From the NCBI GenBank assembly GCA_037135115.1, contig JBAXKX010000001.1, forward strand, positions 1-60,588: DNA of 60,588 nt. The letters run 5' to 3'. This DNA comes from Rhodospirillaceae bacterium. Lineage in GTDB: Bacteria; Pseudomonadota; Alphaproteobacteria; Azospirillales; Azospirillaceae. Positions 17,911 to 25,991 of this stretch are shown piece after piece; the first letter of the stretch is position 1, and each line of letters opens with the position of its first letter. The notes beneath the pieces are model-generated. The model saw only the letters and a list, made by a program, of their open reading frames with translations. It was not told the DNA's origin and made no database searches. The position numbers were made by a program, and so were the translations under genes.

Positions 17911-18192
17911 CTAGCGACGGTGGTGGCCAAAGTTTCCGTGACCCCCGCCGCCATGACCAAAGTTTCCGTGACCCCCGCCGCCATGACCTCCGCTGTGGCG
18001 AAAGCCCCCATGACCAAAGTTTCCGTGACCAAATCCGACCACCGGCCCGACGACGACCGGTGCCGGAACATAGGCGGAATAGCCGGGGCGAGTAGGATAG
18101 TAGCTCGGGTAGTAGGGACTTTGGCTAAGGACGACGCAAGACGACAGCACCAAGGCTGCTGCGATAGCGCCTGCCGCTCTTATGATATTCAT
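17911..18192 (-). CDS. small lipoprotein with a Tyr/Pro-rich segment and His/Gly repeats
   Basis: Lipobox ALVLSSC, then SPYYPSYYPTRPGYSAY, then GHGNFGHGGFRHSGGHGGGGHGNFGHGGGGHGNFGHHRR. It converges on the second FGE-fold gene with an 18-nt gap. Confidence 0.6.
   Translation of the reverse strand: MNIIRAAGAIAAALVLSSCVVLSQSPYYPSYYPTRPGYSAYVPAPVVVGPVVGFGHGNFGHGGFRHSGGHGGGGHGNFGHGGGGHGNFGHHRR
17927..17986. repeat. perfect 30-bp tandem duplication (2 copies, with a third partial copy near 18014)
   Basis: ccaaagtttccgtgacccccgccgccatga occurs at 17927-17956 and again at 17957-17986. Each copy encodes GHGGGGHGNF on the minus strand. Confidence 0.95.
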
Positions 18193-18276
18193 GGCCCCGC
18201 CCGTTGTCGTGTCACATTGAGATGAACGGGGACCGTCACCGATTATTCCTTGCCCTCGATTATTCCGTCTTGACCG

Positions 18277-20577
18277 CTACTCGACCAGCTCGCAGGTTTT
18301 TTCTTGTTGATGGGCGCGCGGCGCATGTTCGGGGTAAACGAAACTGGGCTTTCCGTCTCTGATCGTCACCAGCACCGAACCACCTCGGGCTAGGCGGCCG
18401 AACAGCAACTCCTCGGCCAGCGGCTTCTTGATGTGCTCTTGGATTACACGGGCCAGCGGCCGTGCGCCAAATAGCGGATCATAGCCCTTCTTGCCGAGCC
18501 AAGCTCGAGTCTGGCTGTCGAGTTCGATGACGACGTTGCGCTCAGTCAACTGGGCTTCCAGTTGGATGATAAACTTGTCAACTACCATCGCGATTATTTC
18601 GGGAGACAGGGCCGAGAACGGGATTATTGCGTCAAGGCGGTTGCGGAACTCTGGGGTGAACAACTTGTCGATTGCCTCCAGATCATCCCCGACCCGCAAG
18701 GTGCGCTCGAACCCAATCACCGCGCGGGCCATGTCGGCGGCCCCGGCATTGGTAGTCATGATCAAGATGACGTTACGAAAGTCCACCGACTTGCCATTGT
18801 GGTCGGTAAGCTTGCCGTGATCCATTACTTGCAACAAGATGTTAAAAAGGTCGGGATGGGCTTTCTCGATTTCGTCAAGCAGCAAGACGCAGTGAGGATG
18901 CTGGTCGATGGCATCGGTTAGCAGTCCCCCCTGATCGAATCCGACATAGCCCGGCGGTGCCCCGAGCAACCGTGACACGGTATGGCGTTCCATGTACTCC
19001 GACATGTCGAAACGGGTAAGCTCAATGCCAAGGGCGCGGGCCAACTGACGCGCCACCTCGGTCTTGCCAACGCCGGTCGGGCCGGCGAACAGGTAGCTGC
19101 CAATGGTCTTTTCCGGCTCGCGCAGGCCGGCGCGGGCCAACTTTATCGCCGTGACCAAGGTGGCAATCGCTTTTTCCTGGCCGAAGACCAAGGTCTTAAG
19201 ATCACGCTCCAGATGCGCGAGCACCTCCCGATCATCCTTGCTTACTGATTTGGGTGGAATGCGGGCAATCTTGGCCACCGTTGCCTCGATATCCCTAACC
19301 GAAATGGTCTTCTTGCGTTTCGCCTCGGCCACCAGCATTTGGGCCGCTCCGACCTCATCAATAATGTCGATCGCCTTATCGGGGAGCTTGCGGTCACTGA
19401 TGTAGCGGGCCGACAGCTCTACCGCTGCCCTAATTGCCTCGTTGGTATAGCGAACTCGGTGGTATTCTTCGTAATATGGTTTCAGGCCACGCAATATCTT
19501 GATCGCATCCTCTATCGAAGGCTCAGCTACGTCGATCTTTTGGAAGCGCCTGACTAGCGCGCGGTCTTTTTCGAAATGACTGCGGTACTCTTTGTACGTG
19601 GTTGAGCCGATGCAGCGAACAGCGCCGGATGCTAGCGCCGGTTTCAGCAGATTGGATGCGTCCATCGCGCCGCCCGAGGTTGCACCGGCCCCGATCACCG
19701 TGTGAATCTCGTCGATGAACAAAATCGAGCCGTCGAGTGCCTCAAGTTCAGACAAAACCGCCTTTAACCGCTCCTCGAAATCGCCGCGGTAGCGGGTGCC
19801 GGCCAGCAAGGAACCCATATCAAGGGCGTAAATAACGGCATTCAACAATACATCGGGCACGTCGGCAAAAACAATGCGGCGGGCCAGCCCTTCAGCGATG
19901 GCGGTCTTGCCGACACCGGGGTCGCCGACATAAAGCGGGTTGTTCTTGCTGCGACGGCACAGGATTTGGATGGTGCGCTCGACCTCCTGTTCACGACCGA
20001 TCAGCGGGTCGATCTTGCCGGCTTCCGCTTTTTTGTTGAGATTGACGCAATAGGAACCAAGCGCCTCGCCGCCCTTTTTGACTACCTTTTCGGCGCAGGA
20101 ATCGTCGTCTACGCCTGAGACGCGACGGGACTGGGACTGCCCCGTTGCTTTAGCGATACCGTGGGAAATGTAATTCACGGCGTCGAACCGGGTCATCTCC
20201 TGTTCCTGAAGGTAATAGACCGCGTGGCTCTCTCGCTCCGAAAATAACGCCACCAAAACGTTGGCGCCCGTGACCTCCTCGCGCCCCGACGACTGCACGT
20301 TGATAGCTGCGCGTTGAAGTACCCGTTGAAAGCCTGCGGTTGGTTTGGCATCTTCGGGGCGGTTCGAAATAAGATTACTCAGGTCGTTGTCTATGTAGTC
20401 GAGCAAACCCCGCCGCAGTCGCTCAACATCAACCGAACATGCGCGCAGAACCGCTATTGCATCATGATCGTCGGCCAATGCCAGCAACAGGTGCTCCAGC
20501 GTTGCATATTCGTGAAGACGCTCGTTGGCATAGCCGAGGGCACGGCGCAGGCTATGTTCGAGATGACGGGACAGCAT
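18277..20577 (-). CDS. clpA: ATP-dependent Clp protease ATP-binding subunit ClpA
   Basis: Two AAA+ modules with Walker A motifs GDPGVGKT and GPTGVGKT, a Clp N-domain, and ClpS immediately upstream. Confidence 0.95.
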
Positions 20578-20584
20578 GGGGCGC

Positions 20585-20911
20585 TTAGTCCTTTTCGATA
20601 GTACACTGCAAGGGGTGCTGATGTTGGCGGGCCAAATCCATGACCTGGGTGGCTTTGGTCTCAGCTACTTCATAGGTGTAGACCCCGCACAGCCCGACGC
20701 CACGACGATGGACGTTGAGCATTATCTGGGTTGCCTGATCCAGGTCCTTGTTGAAAAATCGCTCAAGCACGTGGACGACGAAATCCATCGGAGTGTAGTC
20801 GTCATTCAGCATCAGGACCTTATACATAGAAGGCTTTTTGGTCTTGGGCTTGGCTTTGACCACCACGCCCGTTGCTGAGCCTTCGTCGGGGTTTCGGTCA
20901 TAATCGGCCAT
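20585..20911 (-). CDS. clpS: ATP-dependent Clp protease adaptor ClpS
   Basis: [25 protein letters not shown] ... [11 protein letters not shown]-type core. The ATG at 20911 gives the usual ~108 aa, so the track's N-terminal extension is trimmed. Confidence 0.9.
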
Positions 20912-21037
20912 GGTCAGGTCAAGTCTCTCATGCTTGGGTCTCTTGTACGTGAAACAATCCACGCAATGATACGCGAAGTAACGGCACGGCTGGAAGGGGC
21001 CAGTTTGCACGACCACCCTCCAAAGGTTGTCGGCCGG

Positions 21038-21658
21038 CTAGCTTATTTCAAGCCCAATCGGTGGCCCTTTAAGCGGTAGGGCCAAACCGGCCGCTATGAA
21101 AACCACACGGTCGGCACGGGCCGCCATTGCTTGATTGAGGCGGCCGGCATGATCGCGGAAGGCACGGGCCAGGGCATTGTTGGGGACGATGCCAAGTCCG
21201 ACCTCGTTGGCAACGAAGATCACTGTGCCTCCATCGGAACCGCTCGTTCCGGAGCGATTCGGCCCCAAGCCGCAGGTGTCGACAAGCTCCTTGGTGGCGG
21301 CGTCGATGTCGCGCCCGGCTTCCATCAGGTTGGCGAGCCATAAGGTCAGGCAGTCGACCAACAGCGTGCCGTTTGGGCCGGGTCCGTGACGACGCAGCAC
21401 CTCGGCGAGTTCTAATGGTGCCTCAAGGGTGGTCCAAGCTGGTCCGCGGCGCTGCTTATGTTCGCGGATGCGTTCAACCATCTCGGCGTCGTGGGCCGCA
21501 GCGGTGGCAACGTAGAGCCGGGGTGGTGGCCGGGAAAGGGCCAATTGCTCGGCGTAGCGGCTTTTGCCCGAACGGGCACCTCCCAGCACCAGGATCACAT
21601 TGTTGCCGGTGAAAGTTGGGCCGGTAAAGGTTGGGCCGGTAAAGTTTTGGCCGGTCAT
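21038..21658 (-). CDS. cobU: bifunctional adenosylcobinamide kinase / adenosylcobinamide-phosphate guanylyltransferase
   Basis: P-loop LVLGGARSGKSRYAE, LVDCLTLWLAN and VANEVGLGIVP. ATG 21658 forms an ATGA overlap with the upstream gene stop. Confidence 0.85.
   Translation of the reverse strand: MTGQNFTGPTFTGPTFTGNNVILVLGGARSGKSRYAEQLALSRPPPRLYVATAAAHDAEMVERIREHKQRRGPAWTTLEAPLELAEVLRRHGPGPNGTLLVDCLTLWLANLMEAGRDIDAATKELVDTCGLGPNRSGTSGSDGGTVIFVANEVGLGIVPNNALARAFRDHAGRLNQAMAARADRVVFIAAGLALPLKGPPIGLEIS
21606..21655. repeat. 15-bp in-frame tandem repeat (~3.5 copies) at the 5' end of cobU
   Basis: gttgggccggtaaag occurs at 21615-21629 and 21630-21644, with degenerate flanking copies. It encodes TGQNF-TGPTF-TGPTF-TGNN ahead of the P-loop. 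Confidence 0.9.
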
Positions 21659-22773
21659 CGCAGCGGCGCCTTGTCCGCGCCGGTTTGGGCTCGGGAAATT
21701 TGTTCGAGCAGGTCCTGAGCCGGGCCGTTGCCATGGGCGGCGGCGCGTCTGATCATGGCCAGCCCGGCTATCGGGTCTGGGTGCAGGCCTACCCCACGAA
21801 GTTGCATTACTCCAAAATTCATCTCCGCCGGGGGATAATAGGCCCTGGCCGCCTCGCCATACCAAAAGGCGGCGAGCGTGTCGCTGTGCTCGGTGCCAGC
21901 CCCTAGTCGGTAGATTTGGCCCAACGCGAATGCTCCCACGGGGCTACCCGCGTCGGCGGCTTGTCGGTAAAGGGCCATGACCTTGGCGTCATCGGAAGCA
22001 CCATGACTATCGATCTCGGCCTTTTTGGCTTCAGCCAACAAACGTTTGATCAGGGCCGCTTCGGCGGGAGTCGGCGGACGTGGTCCTGTCGCCGGTGGCA
22101 GCGGGGGAAACGACTCGGGCTTCAGTGCGTCCGGTATTTCAAGTCGGCGATGCGGCACAACGGCTTCATCTGGATTCGGAGCTGGGTCCGGAGCTGGGTC
22201 CGGAGTTGGATTCGGAGTTGGAGTTGGGTCCGGAGCTGGGTCCGGAGCTGGGTCCGGAGTTGGATTCGGAGCCGGGTCCGGAGCTGGGTCCTGAGTTGGG
22301 TCCGGAGTTGGAGTTGGGTCCGGAGCTGGAGTCAAATCGGCGGCGATGTCGATTACGATACGGTGGCGCTTGGACTCTGGCCCGGGGGCAATGGCATGGG
22401 CCGCTACTATCATCAGCGGACGGTTACCGATAAATCGCACCAAGGTGGCGGCGGGTGAGGCGTTGACGTCAACTTGATAGCTGGTGAGCGGTTCCAGTCC
22501 ATCGAGCGGGTGGGAAGAGGGGGCTTTAATTTTAATGCCGGGTAAGGTGCCTGGTAAAGTGATGGTAACGCTCAATCTATCGCCCGCAGCCGCATTGGTG
22601 AACGGTACTGCGGCATCGAAATCAAGTACGGTGCGAACCCGCACATCATGACGGCCAAAGCGGATGTCACGCAACTGCCCAGCCGCCGCCGTTGCTGATT
22701 GGCCTAGGGCTAGGGCAAGAGTTAGGGTTAGGGCCGCGTGCATCAAGCCGGATACTTTTTTTATCGCCATCAT
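21655..22773 (-). CDS. secreted AMIN-like domain / (P-D-P-A/T)n linker / Sel1-repeat protein
   Basis: Signal peptide. The N-terminal beta-rich module (LRDIRFGRHDVRVRTVLDFD...LSVTITLPG) resembles AMIN. A ~55-aa PAPDPTPTPDP linker follows. The C-terminus has Sel1/TPR-like units (ALYRQAADAGSPVGAFALGQIY..., AAFWYGEAARAYYPPAEMNFGVM...). Confidence 0.6.
   Translation of the reverse strand: MMAIKKVSGLMHAALTLTLALALGQSATAAAGQLRDIRFGRHDVRVRTVLDFDAAVPFTNAAAGDRLSVTITLPGTLPGIKIKAPSSHPLDGLEPLTSYQVDVNASPAATLVRFIGNRPLMIVAAHAIAPGPESKRHRIVIDIAADLTPAPDPTPTPDPTQDPAPDPAPNPTPDPAPDPAPDPTPTPNPTPDPAPDPAPNPDEAVVPHRRLEIPDALKPESFPPLPPATGPRPPTPAEAALIKRLLAEAKKAEIDSHGASDDAKVMALYRQAADAGSPVGAFALGQIYRLGAGTEHSDTLAAFWYGEAARAYYPPAEMNFGVMQLRGVGLHPDPIAGLAMIRRAAAHGNGPAQDLLEQISRAQTGADKAPLR
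22171..22332. repeat. imperfect 12/18-bp periodic repeats encoding the Pro/Asp-rich linker
   Basis: ggagctgggtcc / ggagttggattc units are repeated throughout. They are in-frame within CDS 21655..22773. Confidence 0.85.
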
Positions 22774-22914
22774 GCTTCACATGGTAGCGGCGGGCCACAT
22801 TCTGTCAAGATACCACTGCATCATCGCAGACAATAGCTTCTTCACCTGTTGACGGACGCCGCTCCAGTGGCTTAAAGAGTGTGAACGTCCCAATGATTGC
22901 TTGGTCGCCCTGCC

Positions 22915-23139
22915 ATGGATCACCTCGATGCCGCATTGAAACGTCTTGCCAAGGCCGCCGAACGGCTGGAGGTCGCCGCCGAGTCACGAGAACATCGTTT
23001 CGATAAAGAACGAACCGGCTTGAGTCAGACGCTGCAGAATGTCCGCGCCGAGCAGGCCCGGACCGTGACGGCGACCGAGGGGGTGTCAACCCGCCTCGAA
23101 GGCGCGATCGAACGACTTAACGCGGTTCTGGAACGGTAG
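22915..23139 (+). CDS. small coiled-coil protein (DUF4164-like, typical partner upstream of zapA in Alphaproteobacteria)
   Basis: Helical 74-aa ORF immediately upstream of zapA. The family assignment is from memory of synteny, not a search. Confidence 0.5.
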   Translation: MDHLDAALKRLAKAAERLEVAAESREHRFDKERTGLSQTLQNVRAEQARTVTATEGVSTRLEGAIERLNAVLER

Positions 23140-23145
23140 CCAGCC

Positions 23146-23469
23146 ATGCCCCTCGTCGATATATATCTTAGCAGCCGTAAGTATTCCGTGTCCTGTGAGA
23201 CCGGTCAGGAGCCGCGACTCCGGCAATTGGGCGACTACGTCGGTGGAAAGCTGCGGGAGTTGAGCGAAAGCGGCCTCACCGGCAGTGACGCCCATATGCT
23301 GGCGTTAACTGCTCTGTTGCTGGCCGACGAGTTGTTCGACGTTACTGAGGAGCTGGACAAGGCGCGCAGCCGGGCTCCCAAAGATGGCGGCCGTGAAGCT
23401 GCGGTCGCTTCGGTCGATGCCGTCAGTCGCCGCCTCGAGGAGCTTGCCAGCCGGCTTGAACGGTCCTAG
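23146..23469 (+). CDS. zapA: cell division protein ZapA
   Basis: VDIYLSSRKYSVSCETGQEPRLRQLGDYV ... MLALTALLLADELFD pattern, with a coiled-coil tail. It sits upstream of the 6S/ygfA locus. Confidence 0.75.
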   Translation: MPLVDIYLSSRKYSVSCETGQEPRLRQLGDYVGGKLRELSESGLTGSDAHMLALTALLLADELFDVTEELDKARSRAPKDGGREAAVASVDAVSRRLEELASRLERS

Positions 23470-23478
23470 AATCGTCGG

Positions 23479-23641
23479 CGGAAGTTGCTGCGCGGTGCGT
23501 ATGGCACTAAATCCCCGGGGCCTTAATCACAACTCCCGGGAGCTGTCTCTGCCGGAACCTTGGTTTCGGTACATGGTGCCCACCTGCAAGAGCAGGCCGC
23601 GGAGGGATCATACGTGCAAACGGCCGAGGCGGCTTCTTCCA
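23479..23641 (+). ncRNA. ssrS: 6S RNA (SsrS) candidate
   Basis: It lies in the classical zapA-(ssrS)-ygfA gap. A long interrupted hairpin can be drawn by eye:
- 5' GGAAGUUGCUGCG pairs with 3' CGGCUUCUUCC.
- CGUAUG pairs with CAUACG.
- AUCCCCGGGGCC pairs with GGCCGCGGAGGGAU.
- The terminal hairpin is CCGGAACC-UUG-GUUUCGG.

The ends are uncertain by about 20 nt. Confidence 0.5.
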
Positions 23642-24285
23642 CCTTCCTTACCGGATTAGCTGCCGATAGTCCTATTGTTGCCCAGATAGTTGCCAAGAAA
23701 CCGGCTTTGCGTCGGTGGGCGCGAGTTAGGCGGAGTGCTGCCCACGCGCTCGCTGGTGATGCTGCGGCAGCTTCCGTGTGTGAGGCGGTGTTGGTTGCCG
23801 ATTTTATGACGAGGCTGCCCAAGGCTGAAATTGGAGCCGAATTATTGGTAGCTGGGTATTGGCCGGTCGGTAGTGAGCTGGATTGTCGGCCATTGCTTGG
23901 TCGTCTTGTCGCGTCGGGCTGGGGCTGTGTCCTGCCGGTGGTTACCGATACCGACTCGGCGCTGTTGTTTCGTTGCTGGCGACCTGGCGAACGGTTGGTG
24001 CCGGGTTACTTCAGCATTCCCGAGCCGGTGGAGTCGGCGCGCACGGCCAACCCGGCGTTGGTGTTGGTGCCGCTGCTGGCTTTCGACCGGGCTGGGCATC
24101 GGCTTGGCCAAGGAGCAGGCTTTTATGACCGCACGCTAGCTTCCTTGCGGCGGGTAGGGTCGGTGCTGGCGGTCGGACTGGCCTTCGCCGCTCAGGAAGT
24201 TGCGGCGTTGCCTGACGAGCCCCATGATCAGCGGCTCGACTGGATTGTTACCGAAAATGGCGCATTTCCAGCGCAGACGAATTGA
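23614..24285 (+). CDS. ygfA: 5-formyltetrahydrofolate cyclo-ligase
   Basis: Motifs KPALRRWARVRR, GYWPVGSELD, VLVPLLAFDRAGHRLGQGAGFYDRTL. The start is uncertain. GTG 23614 has a GGAGGG SD 7 nt upstream but would overlap the 6S candidate. TTG 23707 is the next in-frame start. Confidence 0.8.
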   Translation: MQTAEAASSTFLTGLAADSPIVAQIVAKKPALRRWARVRRSAAHALAGDAAAASVCEAVLVADFMTRLPKAEIGAELLVAGYWPVGSELDCRPLLGRLVASGWGCVLPVVTDTDSALLFRCWRPGERLVPGYFSIPEPVESARTANPALVLVPLLAFDRAGHRLGQGAGFYDRTLASLRRVGSVLAVGLAFAAQEVAALPDEPHDQRLDWIVTENGAFPAQTN

Positions 24286-24349
24286 AATCCCGGCGATTAT
24301 CCACGATCATCGTTACTCATGTCGCTTTTTGGATGCTGCGAGACCTGCC

Positions 24350-25186
24350 ATGCGCCTGCTTTTTCTCGGTGATGTCGTCGGCCGTAGCGGCCGCAGCGCA
24401 GTGATTGTACACCTGCCCTGGTTGCGTGAGAACCTCAGGCCCGACTTGGTGGTGGTCAATGGCGAGAATGCTGCCGGTGGTTACGGTATTACCATCAAGC
24501 TGGCGGCCGAACTGTTCGCAGCTGGAGTGGACTGCTTGACAACCGGCAATCATGTCTGGGACCAGCGCGAAATCATGGCGGCCATCGTCAATGAGCCCCG
24601 CCTGTTGCGCCCCCTCAATTATCCTGAAGGCACGCCCGGACGTGGTGCCACAATCGTTTCTACTGCGGATGGGCGAGCGGTGCTTGTCGTCTGCCTTATG
24701 GCCCGGCTGTTCATGGAGGTGTTGGACGATCCTTTTGCCGCTATCGATCGCCTGCTCAGCCTGCATACGCTGGGTGGTGGGGGGCTGGGTTGTGATGGGC
24801 TGGGCGCCATCTTGGTCGACTTCCACGGCGAGGCGACTAGCGAGAAAATGGCCATGGGTCATCATCTGGACGGACGGGTCTCGGCGGTGATCGGCACTCA
24901 CAGCCATGTGCCGACCGCCGACGCCATGATTCTGGCTGGCGGTACGGGATACCAGACCGATGCCGGTATGTGCGGCGATTATGACAGCGTGATCGGCATG
25001 AAAAAGGAAGCGTCGGTGACGCGCTTCACCCGCCGCCTCCCTGGCGAGCGGATGGTTCCGGCCGAGGGCGAGGCGACGGTGTGCGGCGTCCTGATCGAAA
25101 CGGATGACCAAACTGGCTTGGCCTGCCGAGTTGAACCGCTGCGACTGGGCGGGCGGCTCGCTCGGCAGGTGCCGTTTTCGTCGTGA
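24350..25186 (+). CDS. YmdB-family metallophosphoesterase (2',3'-cyclic-nucleotide phosphodiesterase-like)
   Basis: MRLLFLGDVVGRSGR, NGENAAGGYGIT, TTGNHVWDQ, DFHGEATSEK, GTHSHVPTAD. Confidence 0.85.
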   Translation: MRLLFLGDVVGRSGRSAVIVHLPWLRENLRPDLVVVNGENAAGGYGITIKLAAELFAAGVDCLTTGNHVWDQREIMAAIVNEPRLLRPLNYPEGTPGRGATIVSTADGRAVLVVCLMARLFMEVLDDPFAAIDRLLSLHTLGGGGLGCDGLGAILVDFHGEATSEKMAMGHHLDGRVSAVIGTHSHVPTADAMILAGGTGYQTDAGMCGDYDSVIGMKKEASVTRFTRRLPGERMVPAEGEATVCGVLIETDDQTGLACRVEPLRLGGRLARQVPFSS

Positions 25187-25189
25187 CGA

Positions 25190-25804
25190 TTAGCGTGAGT
25201 AGTATTCGACCACTAGGTTAGGTTCCATCTGGACCGGATAGGGCACGTCGGCGACGGCCGGAGCGCGTACGAAGGTGCCCTTAAGCGCCTGCTTGTCAAC
25301 GTTGAGGTAATCGGGCACGTCACGCTCACGCGAAACCACCGACTCCATGATCACCGCCATCTGCTTGGACTTCTGGCGCACCTCGATCACGTCGCCATCC
25401 TTGACCTGATAGGACGGGATGTTGAGGCGCTTGCCGTTGACCAGCAGGTGTCCGTGGTTGACGAACTGGCGTGCTGCAAATGGTGTCGGCGCGAACTTCA
25501 TCCGGTAGACCACGGCGTCGAGACGGCGCTCCAACAATTGAATCAGATTCTCGCCGGTGTCGCCGCGTCTGCGCACTGCCTCGGCATAAAGGCGGCGGAA
25601 CTGACGCTCGCCGATGTTGCCATAATAGCCCTTCAGTTTTTGCTTGGCCATCAACTGTAGGCCAAAGTCCGATGGCTTCTTGCGGCGCTGGCCGTGCTGA
25701 CCCGGTCCATAGGCCCGACGGTTGATCGGGCTTTTGCTGCGGCCCCACAAATTAACGTTGAGGCGGCGGTCGATCTTGAATTTGGATTCCTGGCGTTTGC
25801 TCAT
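25190..25804 (-). CDS. rpsD: 30S ribosomal protein S4
   Basis: [16 protein letters not shown] ... [12 protein letters not shown] ... [14 protein letters not shown] ... [16 protein letters not shown]. Confidence 0.95.
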
Positions 25805-25991
25805 GGTTCATCCATCTTGCGTCCGGGTTGTTGCATCCCGGGTTGGTGTTGTCCCGATAGGTCCCATTTGAACACGCAGTATGGGACGGGGCGTCGAAAA
25901 GGCACGCCCGCGTTTTCGGGAAGAGACGCACAATATGCGTAGGGCGGGGCTAATGTCAAACCCGACGCGCAGGCGTTTAACGAAGTGTTGT

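Noticed and set aside
20585-21016. Long N-terminal extensions proposed by the ORF track for several genes: clpS 20585..21016, cobU 21038..21865, ymdB-like 24200..25186, mrdA 31123..33177, prcB-like 36314..37051, rng 51789..53195, asmA 53873..56014.
   Set aside because: The extensions overlap the upstream gene and do not resemble the families' N-termini. Internal ATG/GTG codons placed just after the upstream stop give canonical lengths.
22150-22340. A periodic short-repeat array that superficially resembles a CRISPR or satellite array.
   Set aside because: The period is 12-18 nt with no unique spacers. It is in-frame within CDS 21655..22773 and encodes the PDPAPDP linker. No cas genes are present.
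22774-22914. A possible cobalamin riboswitch upstream of the AMIN/Sel1-cobU operon, based on a GCCACTGG B12-box-like string on the minus strand.
   Set aside because: Only one short box matches. The spacer is ~120-140 nt, too short for the ~200-nt element, and the other conserved blocks are not visible. An Rfam RF00174 scan would be needed to revive the idea.
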